Shown here one piece after another: positions 32,183 to 42,447 of a DNA stretch of 64,000 nucleotides. Made by a program: the position numbers and the translations under genes. Below the pieces are notes generated by a model. That model was not told the origin of the DNA, did not search any database, and worked only from the letters and a program-made list of their open reading frames with translations. The stretch spans positions 256,001 through 320,000 of the forward strand of contig JAVJQW010000018.1 of NCBI GenBank assembly GCA_040218735.1, given 5' to 3'. Positions within the stretch are counted from its first letter, which is position 1. Each line of letters starts with the position of its first letter. Origin of the DNA: Deltaproteobacteria bacterium (GTDB taxonomy: Bacteria; Myxococcota; Kuafuiibacteriia; Kuafuiibacteriales; Kuafuiibacteriaceae).

Positions 32183-33801
32183 TGCTCAAGGTTTCCAGTG
32201 TGAGGGGCGTTGGGCAAGGGGGGCGGGGGCGCCTCCGGTTCCGCCGGGTCGGGCGGCCCGTACACGAAGGCTGCGCCGGTCCCCGTGGGGGTGTGGACGA
32301 CCTTGCACACCTCCTGGCCACGTTCGGGTTTGGGCCGATGCGCCGGGAACACGTACAGCTCGCCGGGCCGAACGACCTTCCGCTCGCCCGGCTCCCAGAT
32401 CGGCGTTTGGTTCGGGCCGGGCGGCCCGTCGAGGTCCCCATACAGGAAGCGCGCGAAGACACCCCCGACCTGGAAACCCGGCGACACGATCAGCTTCTCG
32501 TCCTTGCGGACACGCCGCGCGCACAGGAGCCCTTGGCTCACGTCGAATTGGAAGTCCCGCTGCGCGATCCGCGGGTAGCGCACGAACGTGCACCAGTACA
32601 CGGCGTACGCCGTCGCCGCCCACCCGACGGTGAGCAACGCGAGGAGCACGGCGCCGCGAACTCGCGGCGCGAGGTTGTCGGCGCGCAGCCGGGTCAGCGA
32701 CCACGAAGCGATCACCCCGATCCCGATCCCGGAGATGATCTGCGGCGCCGGCAACCAACCGATCGCGCGCCCCATGTTGTGCGACTCGTAGGTCACGCCG
32801 CCGGGCAGGGGCCCGAGCAGGAACCAGTACGCGACGAAGATCGCAAAACGCCGGTGCGCGGTGCTCCGCATCATCGCGACGAACCCGACGATCATCGGGA
32901 CGAGGTCCGCGATGTTCCACATCCCGAGCCCCGGGATCTGCTGCGCGGCGGCCGGCCCGCCGCGGATGAACAACATCGAGGGGTCGAAGTAGCTCAGATA
33001 GTTGTTGAGGATGACGCGCCAGACGACCTCCGTCGGGTGGTGGTACCAGGCGAGCACGGTGCGCCCGCGCGCGAGACCGCCGTCGGTGAGGGCGTAGTAC
33101 ACCGACGGGAGCACGAGCACCGTGAAGACGAGCGCCGGGCCGAGGACGTGTTTCTTCTGGCCGTCCTTCCACAGGCGCACGATCGTCGGCGCGACGAACC
33201 ACAGAAAGCCGATCGTCCACAGCGGGAGGAACAACTTCACCGCGTGGTACGTGTACGCGGACAGCGCGAGCGACGCGGCGCCGGCCCACAGGAGCTTGTG
33301 CCGCTTCGTCTTCTCGCCGACGGCGATCAGCGCGCAGCCGATCGTGAGCGTGGCGGGCAAGAGGATCGCCTCGCTGCCGTAGCGCGAGAAGTGCAGCCAC
33401 GTCGGGCACAGCGTCGCGGAGAGCATCGCGCCGAGCGCGGCCGGGCGGTCGTACCGGACCGCGACGAAGATCCCGACCGCGGCGATGGTGAGCGTCCCGA
33501 ACAGCGCGGCCATGAAGCGCTCGTTCCCGATCGTCGGGCCGAAGATCCCCACGATCGGCGCGCTGAGGTACCGGTACCCGGCGAGCGGGAAGTCACCGAA
33601 GGAGCGCGCGAGGATCGGGAGGAACTGGCCGGCCTGATCGCGACCGGTGTGCCACAGCAGCCACGCGTCGAGCCCCGTGGAGGCCTCGTCCTGCCAGAAT
33701 CCGGGCGGATTGGCGTCGAGGCCCGGGAAGCGCATCAGCGCCGCGACGAACAGGATCACGAAGCCGAGGGCGACGAAGACGATGTGTTTGTTCTCGCGCA
33801 A
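32179..33801 (-). CDS. GT39/ArnT-PMT family membrane glycosyltransferase
   Basis: PPGFWQDEA (DE motif), multiple TM helices, WLHFSR, AYTYHA. Confidence 0.85.
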   Translation of the reverse strand: MRENKHIVFVALGFVILFVAALMRFPGLDANPPGFWQDEASTGLDAWLLWHTGRDQAGQFLPILARSFGDFPLAGYRYLSAPIVGIFGPTIGNERFMAALFGTLTIAAVGIFVAVRYDRPAALGAMLSATLCPTWLHFSRYGSEAILLPATLTIGCALIAVGEKTKRHKLLWAGAASLALSAYTYHAVKLFLPLWTIGFLWFVAPTIVRLWKDGQKKHVLGPALVFTVLVLPSVYYALTDGGLARGRTVLAWYHHPTEVVWRVILNNYLSYFDPSMLFIRGGPAAAQQIPGLGMWNIADLVPMIVGFVAMMRSTAHRRFAIFVAYWFLLGPLPGGVTYESHNMGRAIGWLPAPQIISGIGIGVIASWSLTRLRADNLAPRVRGAVLLALLTVGWAATAYAVYWCTFVRYPRIAQRDFQFDVSQGLLCARRVRKDEKLIVSPGFQVGGVFARFLYGDLDGPPGPNQTPIWEPGERKVVRPGELYVFPAHRPKPERGQEVCKVVHTPTGTGAAFVYGPPDPAEPEAPPPPLPNAPHTGNLEQ

Positions 33802-33865
33802 AATCGCGGCATCCTCGGGGGCGCGCGTGCTCTCCTATAACACCCAAAAATGCGCATTACAGGCC

Positions 33866-34885
33866 ATGTGTGTCCTGTTCGCGCTCGGATCGATCGCCGC
33901 GCGCCCCTACCAGGACACCAAGCAGCGCTTCGCGCTCACCGTCGCGGACGGGTGGCGCCTCGCACCGCAGTTCGGGGACACGAGCGGGATGGTCTTCGCG
34001 CGGGACGTCGCCCGACGGGACGGCGGCGGGACGGCGTTGCTCATCGTGCGCGCCGATCCGATCGGCGGCCGGTCCCTCGCGGCGTTCGTCGACGAGGTCG
34101 AGTCGGCGTTCGCGAAGATGCCCGGTTACCGCGCGCGGGGTGAAAAGACCTTCACGCTCGACGGTCGCCCCGCGATCCAAAAGAAGTACCGGACGAACGA
34201 CCGGCGCCTCACCTCGACCTTCTCGGAGGCGAACGGCTTCTTCTACCTCGTGCACTTCGAAGCACCCCGGCGCGCCGCGAAGCGCCTTTGGCCGCAGGCG
34301 CGGACGATGCTCGGTTCGTTTCGGCTCGGCTCCGCGCGCGCGCGCTCGCCCGTCGGGCAACGCACTTCGCTGTCGCGTGAGATCGAGGCACCCGTCGGGC
34401 GGTGGAAGAGCGACTCCGGGCTCGAGCTCGTCCTCGACGACGACGGCGGTTATCGCCTCGCCGACGTGCGCGGCACGTATCGCGTCGACGGCACGACGCT
34501 CGTCCTCTCGCGACCCGGCGGCGGGCGTCAGTCGTTCACCTACGAACACGACGCGGATCGCGGGCGTCTCGTGTTGACCTCACCGCAGCTCCCCAAGCCG
34601 ATGGTCTACCGGCAGATCTACGACAAAGGCGGCAGCCGGAAGCGGCTGATCGGGAAGTGGAGGGCGCAGAAGGTGAAGCCGGTGTTCGAGCTGTCCCTCT
34701 CCGCCGGCGGCAGGTTCGTGTTGGGGCCCTACAGCGGCCAGTGGGTCGCGAAGGACGGCGCGCTGCTCCTGAAGAAGTCCCAGACGGAATCGATCACGTA
34801 CAAGTACCACTTCGAAGGCAAACGACTCGTGCTGTCGGGCGCCGACCTCGATCAGCCGGTCTCCTTCGAACGCATCGGCTCCTGA
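33866..34885 (+). CDS. Secreted hypothetical protein (PsbP/DcrB-like N-domain plus two small beta domains)
   Basis: FALTVADGW, TLDGRPA, MLGSFRL; repeated VGRW/IGKW...G.Y/W....L.L modules; start uncertain (33827 or 33866). Confidence 0.6.
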   Translation: MCVLFALGSIAARPYQDTKQRFALTVADGWRLAPQFGDTSGMVFARDVARRDGGGTALLIVRADPIGGRSLAAFVDEVESAFAKMPGYRARGEKTFTLDGRPAIQKKYRTNDRRLTSTFSEANGFFYLVHFEAPRRAAKRLWPQARTMLGSFRLGSARARSPVGQRTSLSREIEAPVGRWKSDSGLELVLDDDGGYRLADVRGTYRVDGTTLVLSRPGGGRQSFTYEHDADRGRLVLTSPQLPKPMVYRQIYDKGGSRKRLIGKWRAQKVKPVFELSLSAGGRFVLGPYSGQWVAKDGALLLKKSQTESITYKYHFEGKRLVLSGADLDQPVSFERIGS

Positions 34886-34974
34886 AGCGTGAATACGGGT
34901 CGATCCCCTTACCGCGAACGCGCGTCGCGCGAGCGGTGGAGATTTGCCGCGGTCCCATTCAGTATGTGCGGCCG

Positions 34975-37287
34975 GTGCCGCGCCCGAGTCGCAAGTGCCT
35001 GCGCGTTCGTCTCAAGGCGACGGACGAGGCTTCGCTGGTCGAGCAGTTCGGCGGCAACCTGCGCGACGAGGCCGCCTTCGTCCCCGGGCTGGAGGGCCTG
35101 AGCTACGCGGAGCCGGTGCGCCTCGAGCTGCTCTACTCGGGGGGCGCGCTCGCGCTCGGGGGCGACGGCGAGGTCGTCGCGTGTGGCGCGACCGGGACGG
35201 CGATCGCGTTGACGTGGGACGTGTCGTGCCGACCGCTCCTCGCGCGCGTGCTCGAGCGCGTGCGACCCGACGACGCCCTCGTCCCACCTCGCGTGGTGAC
35301 CGAAGAGATCGACGTCGGTCAGGTCCTCGCCGAGTACGCGCTCCCGCTCGACGACGAACCGATCGGCTCCGCGGCCGATGAGGGCGACGACGACGAGGCG
35401 CTGGTCGTGCCGATCGCGGAAGAGGAGGAGCCGGCGCCGCCGACGCCGATGAACCTCGACCTGGTCTCCGATCTCCTCGACGACCCCGCGTTCACGGCGC
35501 CACCGGCCGCCGCGCCGCTCGACGACGAGCCGCTCCCGTTGATGTCGGCGGTCGACATGCCCGCGCAGATCGACGAGCCCCTGACGCCGTGGGCGGAGCC
35601 CGACCCGGCCCCGGGCGAGGCGCCGAGGCGTGAGCCGGGTGAAGTCACACCGCTCGCGCGCATCGAGCTGGTGCGGCGCGAGCCCGAGCGCATCCAGACC
35701 GGAGACGTCGAGCCCATGATGGGGGACTCGGCGTCGGACACCGCGATCCCCTCGAAGCGCTCGCGCACGCAGCTCCCCACGCCGGGGCGGCGGGTCGTTG
35801 CGATCGACGTTGGTGCGGGCGTCGTCCGCACGGCGCACTTCGCGATGGCGCCGACGGTCGTCGCGACGCGCCGGGGTCTGCCGAACATGCCGTCGGCGGT
35901 GGTGATCGAGGAAAGCGGAAAGACGATCGTCGGCGAGCCCGCGCTGCGGAAGATGTTCGAACAGCCCGGCGTGCGCGGGACGAAGCGCCTGATCGGGCGC
36001 ACGTCCGGCTGCCAGCTCGCGAAGAAGCTCGCGCCGCGTCTGCCCTACGAGCTGGTCGACGGCCTCGACGGGGAGGTCGCCGTGCGCCTCGGCCCGCACC
36101 GCATCGGGCTCGAGGAGATCACGGCGCTGCTGCTGAAGGAGGCGCGAGTCAGCGCGCAGCTCGCGCTCGAAGGGCAGACGAACCGCACCGTGCTGTTGTG
36201 TCCGTCGGGGTACGGCCTGCGGCAGCGCGAGGCGTTGCGCCTGGCCGGGGAGCTCGCGGGGATGCACGTGGAGCGCGTGGTCAGCAGCTCGCTCGCGGTC
36301 GCGGTGGAGGTGACGCAGGGGCGGAGTGATTCGTCGATGCGGCTGTTGATCGTCGACTTCGGTGCGTCGCACTTCGACGCTTCGGTGGTGCAGGTCGGCA
36401 ACGGTGCGTACCGCGTGGAGCGGACGATCTGTCGCGCGGACCTCGGCGGCATCGAGATCGATCGCGCCATCGCGGACCGCCTCGCGAAGGAGGTCGAGCG
36501 CGCCGTCAAACACCCCGTGGATCCGCGGGACGTCACGTGGCCGCGTCTGCTCCACGCGGCGGAGAACGCGAAGGTCGCGCTGTCGAGCGAGGACTCGACA
36601 CACGTCGTGATCGAGCACCCGCTCTCTTCGACGAACGCATCGTTCAGCCTGGAGATCGACTTCGAGCGCACGCGTGCCGAGGAGCTCGCGGCGCCGTTCA
36701 TCGTGGAGGCCGAAGCTGTGTGCCGCACGCTCCTCGCGGACGCGATCCACGTCGACGCGGTGATCGGCGTCGGCGGGCAGTTCTCGGCCCCCGAGGTGCG
36801 TCGTCGGTTGGCCGCGGTGTTCGAAGGACGGCTCGACGTGCGCGAGGAGCACACCGCGGTGATGGGTGCGGCGCGCGTCGCGAACGGCATACAGGAGGAG
36901 CGTCCGCTCATGCTCTACGAGTGCCTGAACGTCCCGATGGGGGTGAGCGGACCGGACGGGAGCTTCGCGGTGCTCCTCGACACGCAGACGACGTGCCCGG
37001 CGAGTGTGCCGTACATGTACAAGTTCCGCGGGGAGCCGCTCGTGCTCTACGAAGGGGACGAGGAGATCGAGCCCGTCGCGCAGATCGACTTCGAGGCGGG
37101 GGTGACGGACTTCGACGCGGACGTGGTCTTCGCGCTCGACGCGGCGGCGCGGCTGTCGGTCTCGGCGAAGGAGCGTGAGTTCGGGATCTCGGTCGACCTC
37201 GCGATCGCACGCACGGGGCAGCCGCTCCCGGCGACGCCGCCGAAGAGCAAGGGCCTGTTCGGTTGGATTCGTTCGAAGCTCGAGTGA
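34975..37287 (+). CDS. Divergent Hsp70-family protein with PilZ-like N-terminal domain and acidic linker
   Basis: AIDVG, MPSAV, TKRLIG, EEITALLL, DFGASHFDASV, DLGGIEID, AAENAKVALS, VGG; start approximate. Confidence 0.8.
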   Translation: MPRPSRKCLRVRLKATDEASLVEQFGGNLRDEAAFVPGLEGLSYAEPVRLELLYSGGALALGGDGEVVACGATGTAIALTWDVSCRPLLARVLERVRPDDALVPPRVVTEEIDVGQVLAEYALPLDDEPIGSAADEGDDDEALVVPIAEEEEPAPPTPMNLDLVSDLLDDPAFTAPPAAAPLDDEPLPLMSAVDMPAQIDEPLTPWAEPDPAPGEAPRREPGEVTPLARIELVRREPERIQTGDVEPMMGDSASDTAIPSKRSRTQLPTPGRRVVAIDVGAGVVRTAHFAMAPTVVATRRGLPNMPSAVVIEESGKTIVGEPALRKMFEQPGVRGTKRLIGRTSGCQLAKKLAPRLPYELVDGLDGEVAVRLGPHRIGLEEITALLLKEARVSAQLALEGQTNRTVLLCPSGYGLRQREALRLAGELAGMHVERVVSSSLAVAVEVTQGRSDSSMRLLIVDFGASHFDASVVQVGNGAYRVERTICRADLGGIEIDRAIADRLAKEVERAVKHPVDPRDVTWPRLLHAAENAKVALSSEDSTHVVIEHPLSSTNASFSLEIDFERTRAEELAAPFIVEAEAVCRTLLADAIHVDAVIGVGGQFSAPEVRRRLAAVFEGRLDVREEHTAVMGAARVANGIQEERPLMLYECLNVPMGVSGPDGSFAVLLDTQTTCPASVPYMYKFRGEPLVLYEGDEEIEPVAQIDFEAGVTDFDADVVFALDAAARLSVSAKEREFGISVDLAIARTGQPLPATPPKSKGLFGWIRSKLE

Positions 37288-37288
37288 C

Positions 37289-37894
37289 TCAGCGGACCTC
37301 GACGATCGCTTCGTGCAGATCCGCTTCGTCGTAGGTGTCGCGCAGCGGGGCGTCGCGCGGGATGCGGCTCGGCGGACGATCCGTCCACGCGAGGAGGCGC
37401 GCTTCGCCGCGGTGCTGCACGGCTTCGAACCCTTCACGCCCCGCGTCGCGCCAGCGCGCGACGAGCTGCTCCACCGCGCTCGCGTCGCCATCGTTCCTGT
37501 GGCGGTGCGCGGGCGCGAGCGTCCCGTCGAAGGACGGCGCGCAGTGCCACAGCTCGTGCGCGAGGACGTGCACGCGGGCTTCGGGATCGAGCGCGAGGAA
37601 GAACTTCGGGCGCAGGCAGATCTCGTAGCGCATCGCGACGCCCTCGATCGTGATCGACGGCTTCAGGTAGCGCCCCGACACCCGGGACGGCGGCTCCCCG
37701 CCGTAGGTCAGGGGCCGGATAGAAGCGTTCGCGCCGCGGCGCGCGGCGCCGGCGACGACCAGGATGCGCGAGGCGTCGAAGCCTTCGAATTCCTTCGGGT
37801 TCGCGGCGACGAGGGCGCGCATCAACGCCTGGAGGGGCCCGTTCAGGTGGGGGCGGCCGGCGGGGTCGGTCGAGGCGGGCATGGGAGGGAACAC
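37289..37894 (-). CDS. Putative zinc metallopeptidase
   Basis: HExxH motif VLAHELWH plus a downstream His (AHRH). Confidence 0.7.
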   Translation of the reverse strand: MFPPMPASTDPAGRPHLNGPLQALMRALVAANPKEFEGFDASRILVVAGAARRGANASIRPLTYGGEPPSRVSGRYLKPSITIEGVAMRYEICLRPKFFLALDPEARVHVLAHELWHCAPSFDGTLAPAHRHRNDGDASAVEQLVARWRDAGREGFEAVQHRGEARLLAWTDRPPSRIPRDAPLRDTYDEADLHEAIVEVR

Positions 37895-38013
37895 CTAGCC
37901 GCGGTTGGGTCAATTTGCACCACAAAGCGCCTCGGTTGTGGCGTTGGGACACCACGAAGCGCCGATTAGGGGCGCAAAGTCATCTGGCACGATGGGTGGA
38001 AGTAGGAGGAGTC

Positions 38014-38469
38014 ATGATGCGTCGAATCCTCCTCACGGCCGGTTTCCTCGCGTTCGGAATCTCTGCGGAGGTCGCGGACGGCGCCCAGCTCGGGCGAATC
38101 ACTGGAGAGCTCCGCTTCCCCTCCTGCAACCAGACCGCGCCGGGCCTCGAGGTCTGCGCGGTGCCCGTCGACGAAGACGGTGACCCCACCTGCACGTCCG
38201 ACTTCGCGCCCAACGCGGCCGGGCAGCTGACGTACACACTCGAGGTTCGCCCCGGCGCGTACCACGTCTATGCGACCACGCCGACGATCGAAGACGGCCG
38301 CTACCGCGCGTTCTTCTCGCAGGCCGTTCGCTGCGGGCTCGAGGTCGCGTGCCGCGACCACACGCCCGTGACGATTGATGTTCGCGCCGGCAAGACCGTC
38401 GACGGCGTGCACCCTTCGGACTGGGTCGCGGGCTTCGACGAGCCCGAGCCCGCTCCCCTCACCAACTGA
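38014..38469 (+). CDS. Secreted hypothetical protein with paired cysteines
   Basis: AGGAGG RBS, signal peptide, VRPGAYHVYA, CGLEVACRDH. Confidence 0.7.
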   Translation: MMRRILLTAGFLAFGISAEVADGAQLGRITGELRFPSCNQTAPGLEVCAVPVDEDGDPTCTSDFAPNAAGQLTYTLEVRPGAYHVYATTPTIEDGRYRAFFSQAVRCGLEVACRDHTPVTIDVRAGKTVDGVHPSDWVAGFDEPEPAPLTN

Positions 38470-38481
38470 TCAGACTGACCG

Positions 38482-41400
38482 CTACCGCGACATCACGAAC
38501 ACCGCGTGCGGCGCGTTGGCGCTGACGTACACGATGAAGTCACCGTCCGGCGACACCGCCGCGCGGTAGACGTCGGAGACGTTCGAAGCGAGCAGGCGAT
38601 TCGCGCCCGCGACCGTGTCGCGCTCGAAGAGGTTGATCGCGGGCGGCGTGCTCGCGACCAAGTTCGACGCCGCCGAAGCAAACACCACGTACTGTGCGTC
38701 CGAGGTGAGGCTCGCGCCGAACGACGCGCCATCCCCTCCCCCGGCCGCGGCGCTCACGAGCTGCGGGCCGGGGCCCGAGAGGTCGTGGAGGATCACGTCG
38801 TCGAAGCCGTTGGTGTCGGCCGCGACGCCGGTGTGGTCGGGCGAGGTGAATGCGACGTAGCGCCCATCGGGGGTGAGCGCGGGCTCCGACGCGCCGGCCG
38901 GGCTCACCGTGGTCTGCGTCCCGGCGGTGAGGTCGCGAACGACGATCGTCGCGACGGTCGAAGAGCCCGTCGCGAACACCACGAGGTCTCCGGCGGCGCT
39001 GATGTGCGGCTGCCGGCAGGCCGTTCCGACGCCGCCACCCGCGGTCGCGCCCGTCGTGCGATCGAAGACCGCGATGCAGTGTCCGTTCGGCGCGAGCCCG
39101 GCGCCGGCGACGTACGCGACGTAGCGACCGTCCGCGGAGATAGACGGATCGAAGGAGTCGGCCGAGCTCTCGGTGCCGTCGAGGAGGACGCTGACGCGCG
39201 CGGTGGTCTGCGTTTGTCGGTCGCGGAGGAAGACGTCGCGCGCCCCGTTGCCGTCTTGCGCGACGAGGTTCGAGGCGACGGACGTGAACGCGACGAAGCG
39301 ACCGTTCGACGAAACGGCGGGACCGTCGCTCGGTCCGTTCGCCTGTGCGCCGTTCGTCGCGATGGAGATCCGCTCGTAGTCCACGACGCTCCGGTCGAAG
39401 ACGAACAGATCCACGGCCGCGTTGGTGTCACTCGCGACGAGGTCGCTGCGGTTCGAGCTGAACGCGATCGTTCGCGCGTCCGTCGAGACCGCGATGCGTC
39501 CGGCCGCGTCCCCCGCGCCGGTGACGTCGGTCGCCGCGAGCGTCCCGTCGTCGAGCGCGGTCACCGACATCGTGGACGTGCTGGTCGCGTTGTAGTTCGG
39601 GTCGGCGCTCGAGAACGTGAACCCGAGCGTGAGCGTGGCGTCGCCGTCGAGGAGCTGGTCGTCGATCGCCGAGATCGTGAACGTCGCGGGTGTCGACCAA
39701 TTCGTGGTCGCGAACGTCGCGGTCGCGGGCGTGACGTCGATCTGACCGGCCGCGCCGCCGACCTGGGCCTGCACCACCACGTCGGCGGTCGGCATCGCGT
39801 CGAGCGCGAGCTGGAGCGTCGCGGTCGCGCCGGACTCCGCCACCACGAACGGCCCGGACGGGCTGACGGTGGCGCCGGCGGAGTCGTCGTCCACGTTGGT
39901 TACGGTGGGGTTGGGTGCGTTGAGGCCGACGTACTCGGGCGCCCCGGTCGCGGGCGCGGTGACGACCTCGAAGGTCACGTCGCCGTCTTGCACGGCATCG
40001 TCGATCCCCGTGACGGTGATCGTTTGCGGCGTCTGCCAGCTGCTCGCGTCGAACATGAGCGACGTCGGCGACACACTCCCTTCGGTCGCGTCGGACACGC
40101 CGAGCCCGATCGTCACCGGCTGTGTCGGCTCGGACCGCAGGTGGATCGTGAACGTCGTCGATTGCCCGGCCTCGGTCGTCGTCAGGTTCGGCGCGGCGGT
40201 GACGATGACCTCGGCGACGTCGTCGTCCGCGTTGGTCACCATGACGTCGGGAGCGTCGATGCCGGTGTAGTCGGGATCGCTGCTCGTCGCCGGTGCCGTG
40301 GTGATCGTGATCGTGGTGTCGCCGTCGTCCACGTCGTCGTCGAGCCCGGTGACGGTGACGGTCTGCGGCGTCTGCCAGCTCGACGGTGAGAAGGTGAGCG
40401 CCGCCGCGTCGAGCGCGACCTCGGTTGCGTCGGACAGGCTCAGCGCGATAACGACCTCGGATGCAGGCTGGGTTGCGAGGCGAACGGTGAAGGTCGCGGT
40501 GGTGCCGTCCTCGCCGACCTGGAGGCCGCCCGACGGCGCGACGAGCACGCCCGGTTGGTCGTCGTCCGTGTTGGTGACCTGCACGTCGGGGGCGTCGATG
40601 CCGGCGTAGAGCGGGTCGTTGCTGACGCTCGGGCTCGTGACGATCGTGAATGCTGCGGGGCCATCGGCGACGACGTCGTCGGTGCCGGTGACGGTGACGG
40701 TCTGATGCTGGCTCCAGTTCGCGGGAGTCAGTGTCACGCTCGCGGGGGACACGGTGCCTTCGTTCTCGTCGTCGGAGGCGAGGGCGATCGTCACCGGTGC
40801 GCTCGGCGCGCTGCGGAGGCGCACGGAGAATGTCGCGGTGGTGCCGTCCTCCGCGGTCACCAGACCGAACGTCGGGGAGACGAGGATGTCCGGGAAGTCG
40901 TCGTCGACGTTCGTCACGGTGACCGTGGACGGCAGGACTTCGCTGTACTTCTCGTCGACGGTCGTGATCGTCGCCGCGACCGTGAACGTGACGTCTCCGT
41001 CGGCGATGTCGTCGTCGATGCCCTCCACGGTGATCACGCTCGGCGTTTGCCAAGTCTCGGGTCCGAAGGTCACGCGCGTCGGCGTGACGAAGCCTTCGGT
41101 GTCGTCGCTCACCGTGAAGTCGACTTGCACCGGCGCGGTCGGCTGGTTGTTGAGCTCGACCGTGAAGGTGGCGTTCGTTCCGTCCTCGGAGGTGCGCAGC
41201 CCGGAGGAGGGGGTGACGGTGATGCCGGCTTGTTCGTCGTCGGTGTTCATCAACTCGAGCTCGACGCTCGCGAGCGCGGCGTACTCGGGGGCGGCGCTGG
41301 TGCTCGGGTCGATGACGACGCCGTACGGGACGGGCCCGTCGAGGTCGCTGTCGTCCACGCCGCGGATCGTCACCGTCCGCGGCACGGCCCAGTCCTCGGG

Positions 41401-42447
41401 CGCGAACACCACCGTGTCGGTCTCTACGAGCGCCTCGGAGGGATCGTCGGAGGCGACGCGGAGCGTGACCTCGGCGGTCGGAGCGCTGGTGAGTGCGACG
41501 GTGAAGCTCGCGGTGCCGCCGCGCTCGGTGGTCGACAGCCCTCCGGCGCCGTCGAGGACGAGGCCTACGACGTCGTCGTCGACGTTCGAGAACGTGAGGT
41601 CCGCGGGGTCGACGCCGTCGAAGATGGGATCGCCGCTCGCGGCGGGGGCGAGGACGATCGTGTACGTCTGGTCGCCGTCGACGTCGGCGTCGTCGACGCC
41701 GGTCACGGTCACGGAGTGGGGGAGGGCCCAGTCGAGCGGCGTGAAGGTCACCGTCGCGGGGCCGACGGTGCCCTCGGATTCGTCGTCGCTGTCGAGCGCG
41801 ACGACGACGTAGGAGGTGGGCTGACGGTCGAGCGTGAGATCGAAGGTCGCGACGCCGCCCGATTCGGTGGTCGTCGGTTCGGAGGTCGGCGTCACGACGA
41901 TCCCGGAGGCGGGCGTACCGGCGTCGCGCGCGGGGGCGCTGCCGGCGTCGCGGCGTGTTTCGTCGCCGGGGACGTAGACCTCGAGCTCGGCGGGGTCGAC
42001 GTAGTCCGAGACACACTGGCCTTCGTCGCACGTCGCGCCGTCGCCGCACGTGACGCCGGCGCAGTAGCGGCCGAGGAACATCGTGAGGAGGCGCGCTTCA
42101 CCTTCGACGAACGTCGTGCGTGCGCGGCGGCGCAACGGGGCGCGCGCGCCGGACACAAACGGGCCGCGCCCTTCGATCTGTACGACGACCTCGTCGGTCC
42201 CTTCGCCCGGTTCGACGCCGAAGCTGAGCGGCAGCGGTGTGGACGTGAGATCGAGCTCCGTCGGTGCGCCTTCGCGTGCGCCGTTGCCGACGGTGACGAC
42301 CACGCGCGCGAGCTCACTCGGCGCGGCGAGATCGGAGTCGACGGCGACGACGAGCTGAGTTTCGGGTGATGAGCAGTGGGTCAGGGCGGCGAGCGCGACC
42401 AGAGGACTAGCGATTCGGTACGCGGAGCGTGATGTCTGTGGTTCCAC
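38482..42447 (-). CDS. Large surface lipoprotein: 7 Calx-beta-like repeats plus TolB/PD40-type beta-propeller
   Basis: Lipobox LTHC; about 110-aa repeats T.E.G..ATF...W..P.TVTVTG.DD...DG; C-terminal S.(D/N)GR(F/Y)VAF.S.A.NLV..D.NG..DVF blades. Confidence 0.85.
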   Translation of the reverse strand: MEPQTSRSAYRIASPLVALAALTHCSSPETQLVVAVDSDLAAPSELARVVVTVGNGAREGAPTELDLTSTPLPLSFGVEPGEGTDEVVVQIEGRGPFVSGARAPLRRRARTTFVEGEARLLTMFLGRYCAGVTCGDGATCDEGQCVSDYVDPAELEVYVPGDETRRDAGSAPARDAGTPASGIVVTPTSEPTTTESGGVATFDLTLDRQPTSYVVVALDSDDESEGTVGPATVTFTPLDWALPHSVTVTGVDDADVDGDQTYTIVLAPAASGDPIFDGVDPADLTFSNVDDDVVGLVLDGAGGLSTTERGGTASFTVALTSAPTAEVTLRVASDDPSEALVETDTVVFAPEDWAVPRTVTIRGVDDSDLDGPVPYGVVIDPSTSAAPEYAALASVELELMNTDDEQAGITVTPSSGLRTSEDGTNATFTVELNNQPTAPVQVDFTVSDDTEGFVTPTRVTFGPETWQTPSVITVEGIDDDIADGDVTFTVAATITTVDEKYSEVLPSTVTVTNVDDDFPDILVSPTFGLVTAEDGTTATFSVRLRSAPSAPVTIALASDDENEGTVSPASVTLTPANWSQHQTVTVTGTDDVVADGPAAFTIVTSPSVSNDPLYAGIDAPDVQVTNTDDDQPGVLVAPSGGLQVGEDGTTATFTVRLATQPASEVVIALSLSDATEVALDAAALTFSPSSWQTPQTVTVTGLDDDVDDGDTTITITTAPATSSDPDYTGIDAPDVMVTNADDDVAEVIVTAAPNLTTTEAGQSTTFTIHLRSEPTQPVTIGLGVSDATEGSVSPTSLMFDASSWQTPQTITVTGIDDAVQDGDVTFEVVTAPATGAPEYVGLNAPNPTVTNVDDDSAGATVSPSGPFVVAESGATATLQLALDAMPTADVVVQAQVGGAAGQIDVTPATATFATTNWSTPATFTISAIDDQLLDGDATLTLGFTFSSADPNYNATSTSTMSVTALDDGTLAATDVTGAGDAAGRIAVSTDARTIAFSSNRSDLVASDTNAAVDLFVFDRSVVDYERISIATNGAQANGPSDGPAVSSNGRFVAFTSVASNLVAQDGNGARDVFLRDRQTQTTARVSVLLDGTESSADSFDPSISADGRYVAYVAGAGLAPNGHCIAVFDRTTGATAGGGVGTACRQPHISAAGDLVVFATGSSTVATIVVRDLTAGTQTTVSPAGASEPALTPDGRYVAFTSPDHTGVAADTNGFDDVILHDLSGPGPQLVSAAAGGGDGASFGASLTSDAQYVVFASAASNLVASTPPAINLFERDTVAGANRLLASNVSDVYRAAVSPDGDFIVYVSANAPHAVFVMSR

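Noticed and set aside
37984-38000. CTGGCACGA as a sigma54 promoter
   Set aside because: The -12 position reads GG rather than GC, and the implied TSS would fall downstream of the RBS. It is better read as an extended -10 (TGgCACGAT).
37905-38000. Possible c-di-GMP-I riboswitch (GGGGCGCAAAGTC resembles part of the GEMM motif)
   Set aside because: I could not find the P1/P2 stems or the GNRA tetraloop/receptor; an Rfam scan would be needed.
34909-42369. Long antisense or alternative-frame ORFs (e.g. 34909..37491 -, 38506..40389 +, 39428..42049 -, 40555..42369 +)
   Set aside because: Arg/Ala/Gly-rich shadow ORFs expected at this GC content, overlapping well-supported genes.
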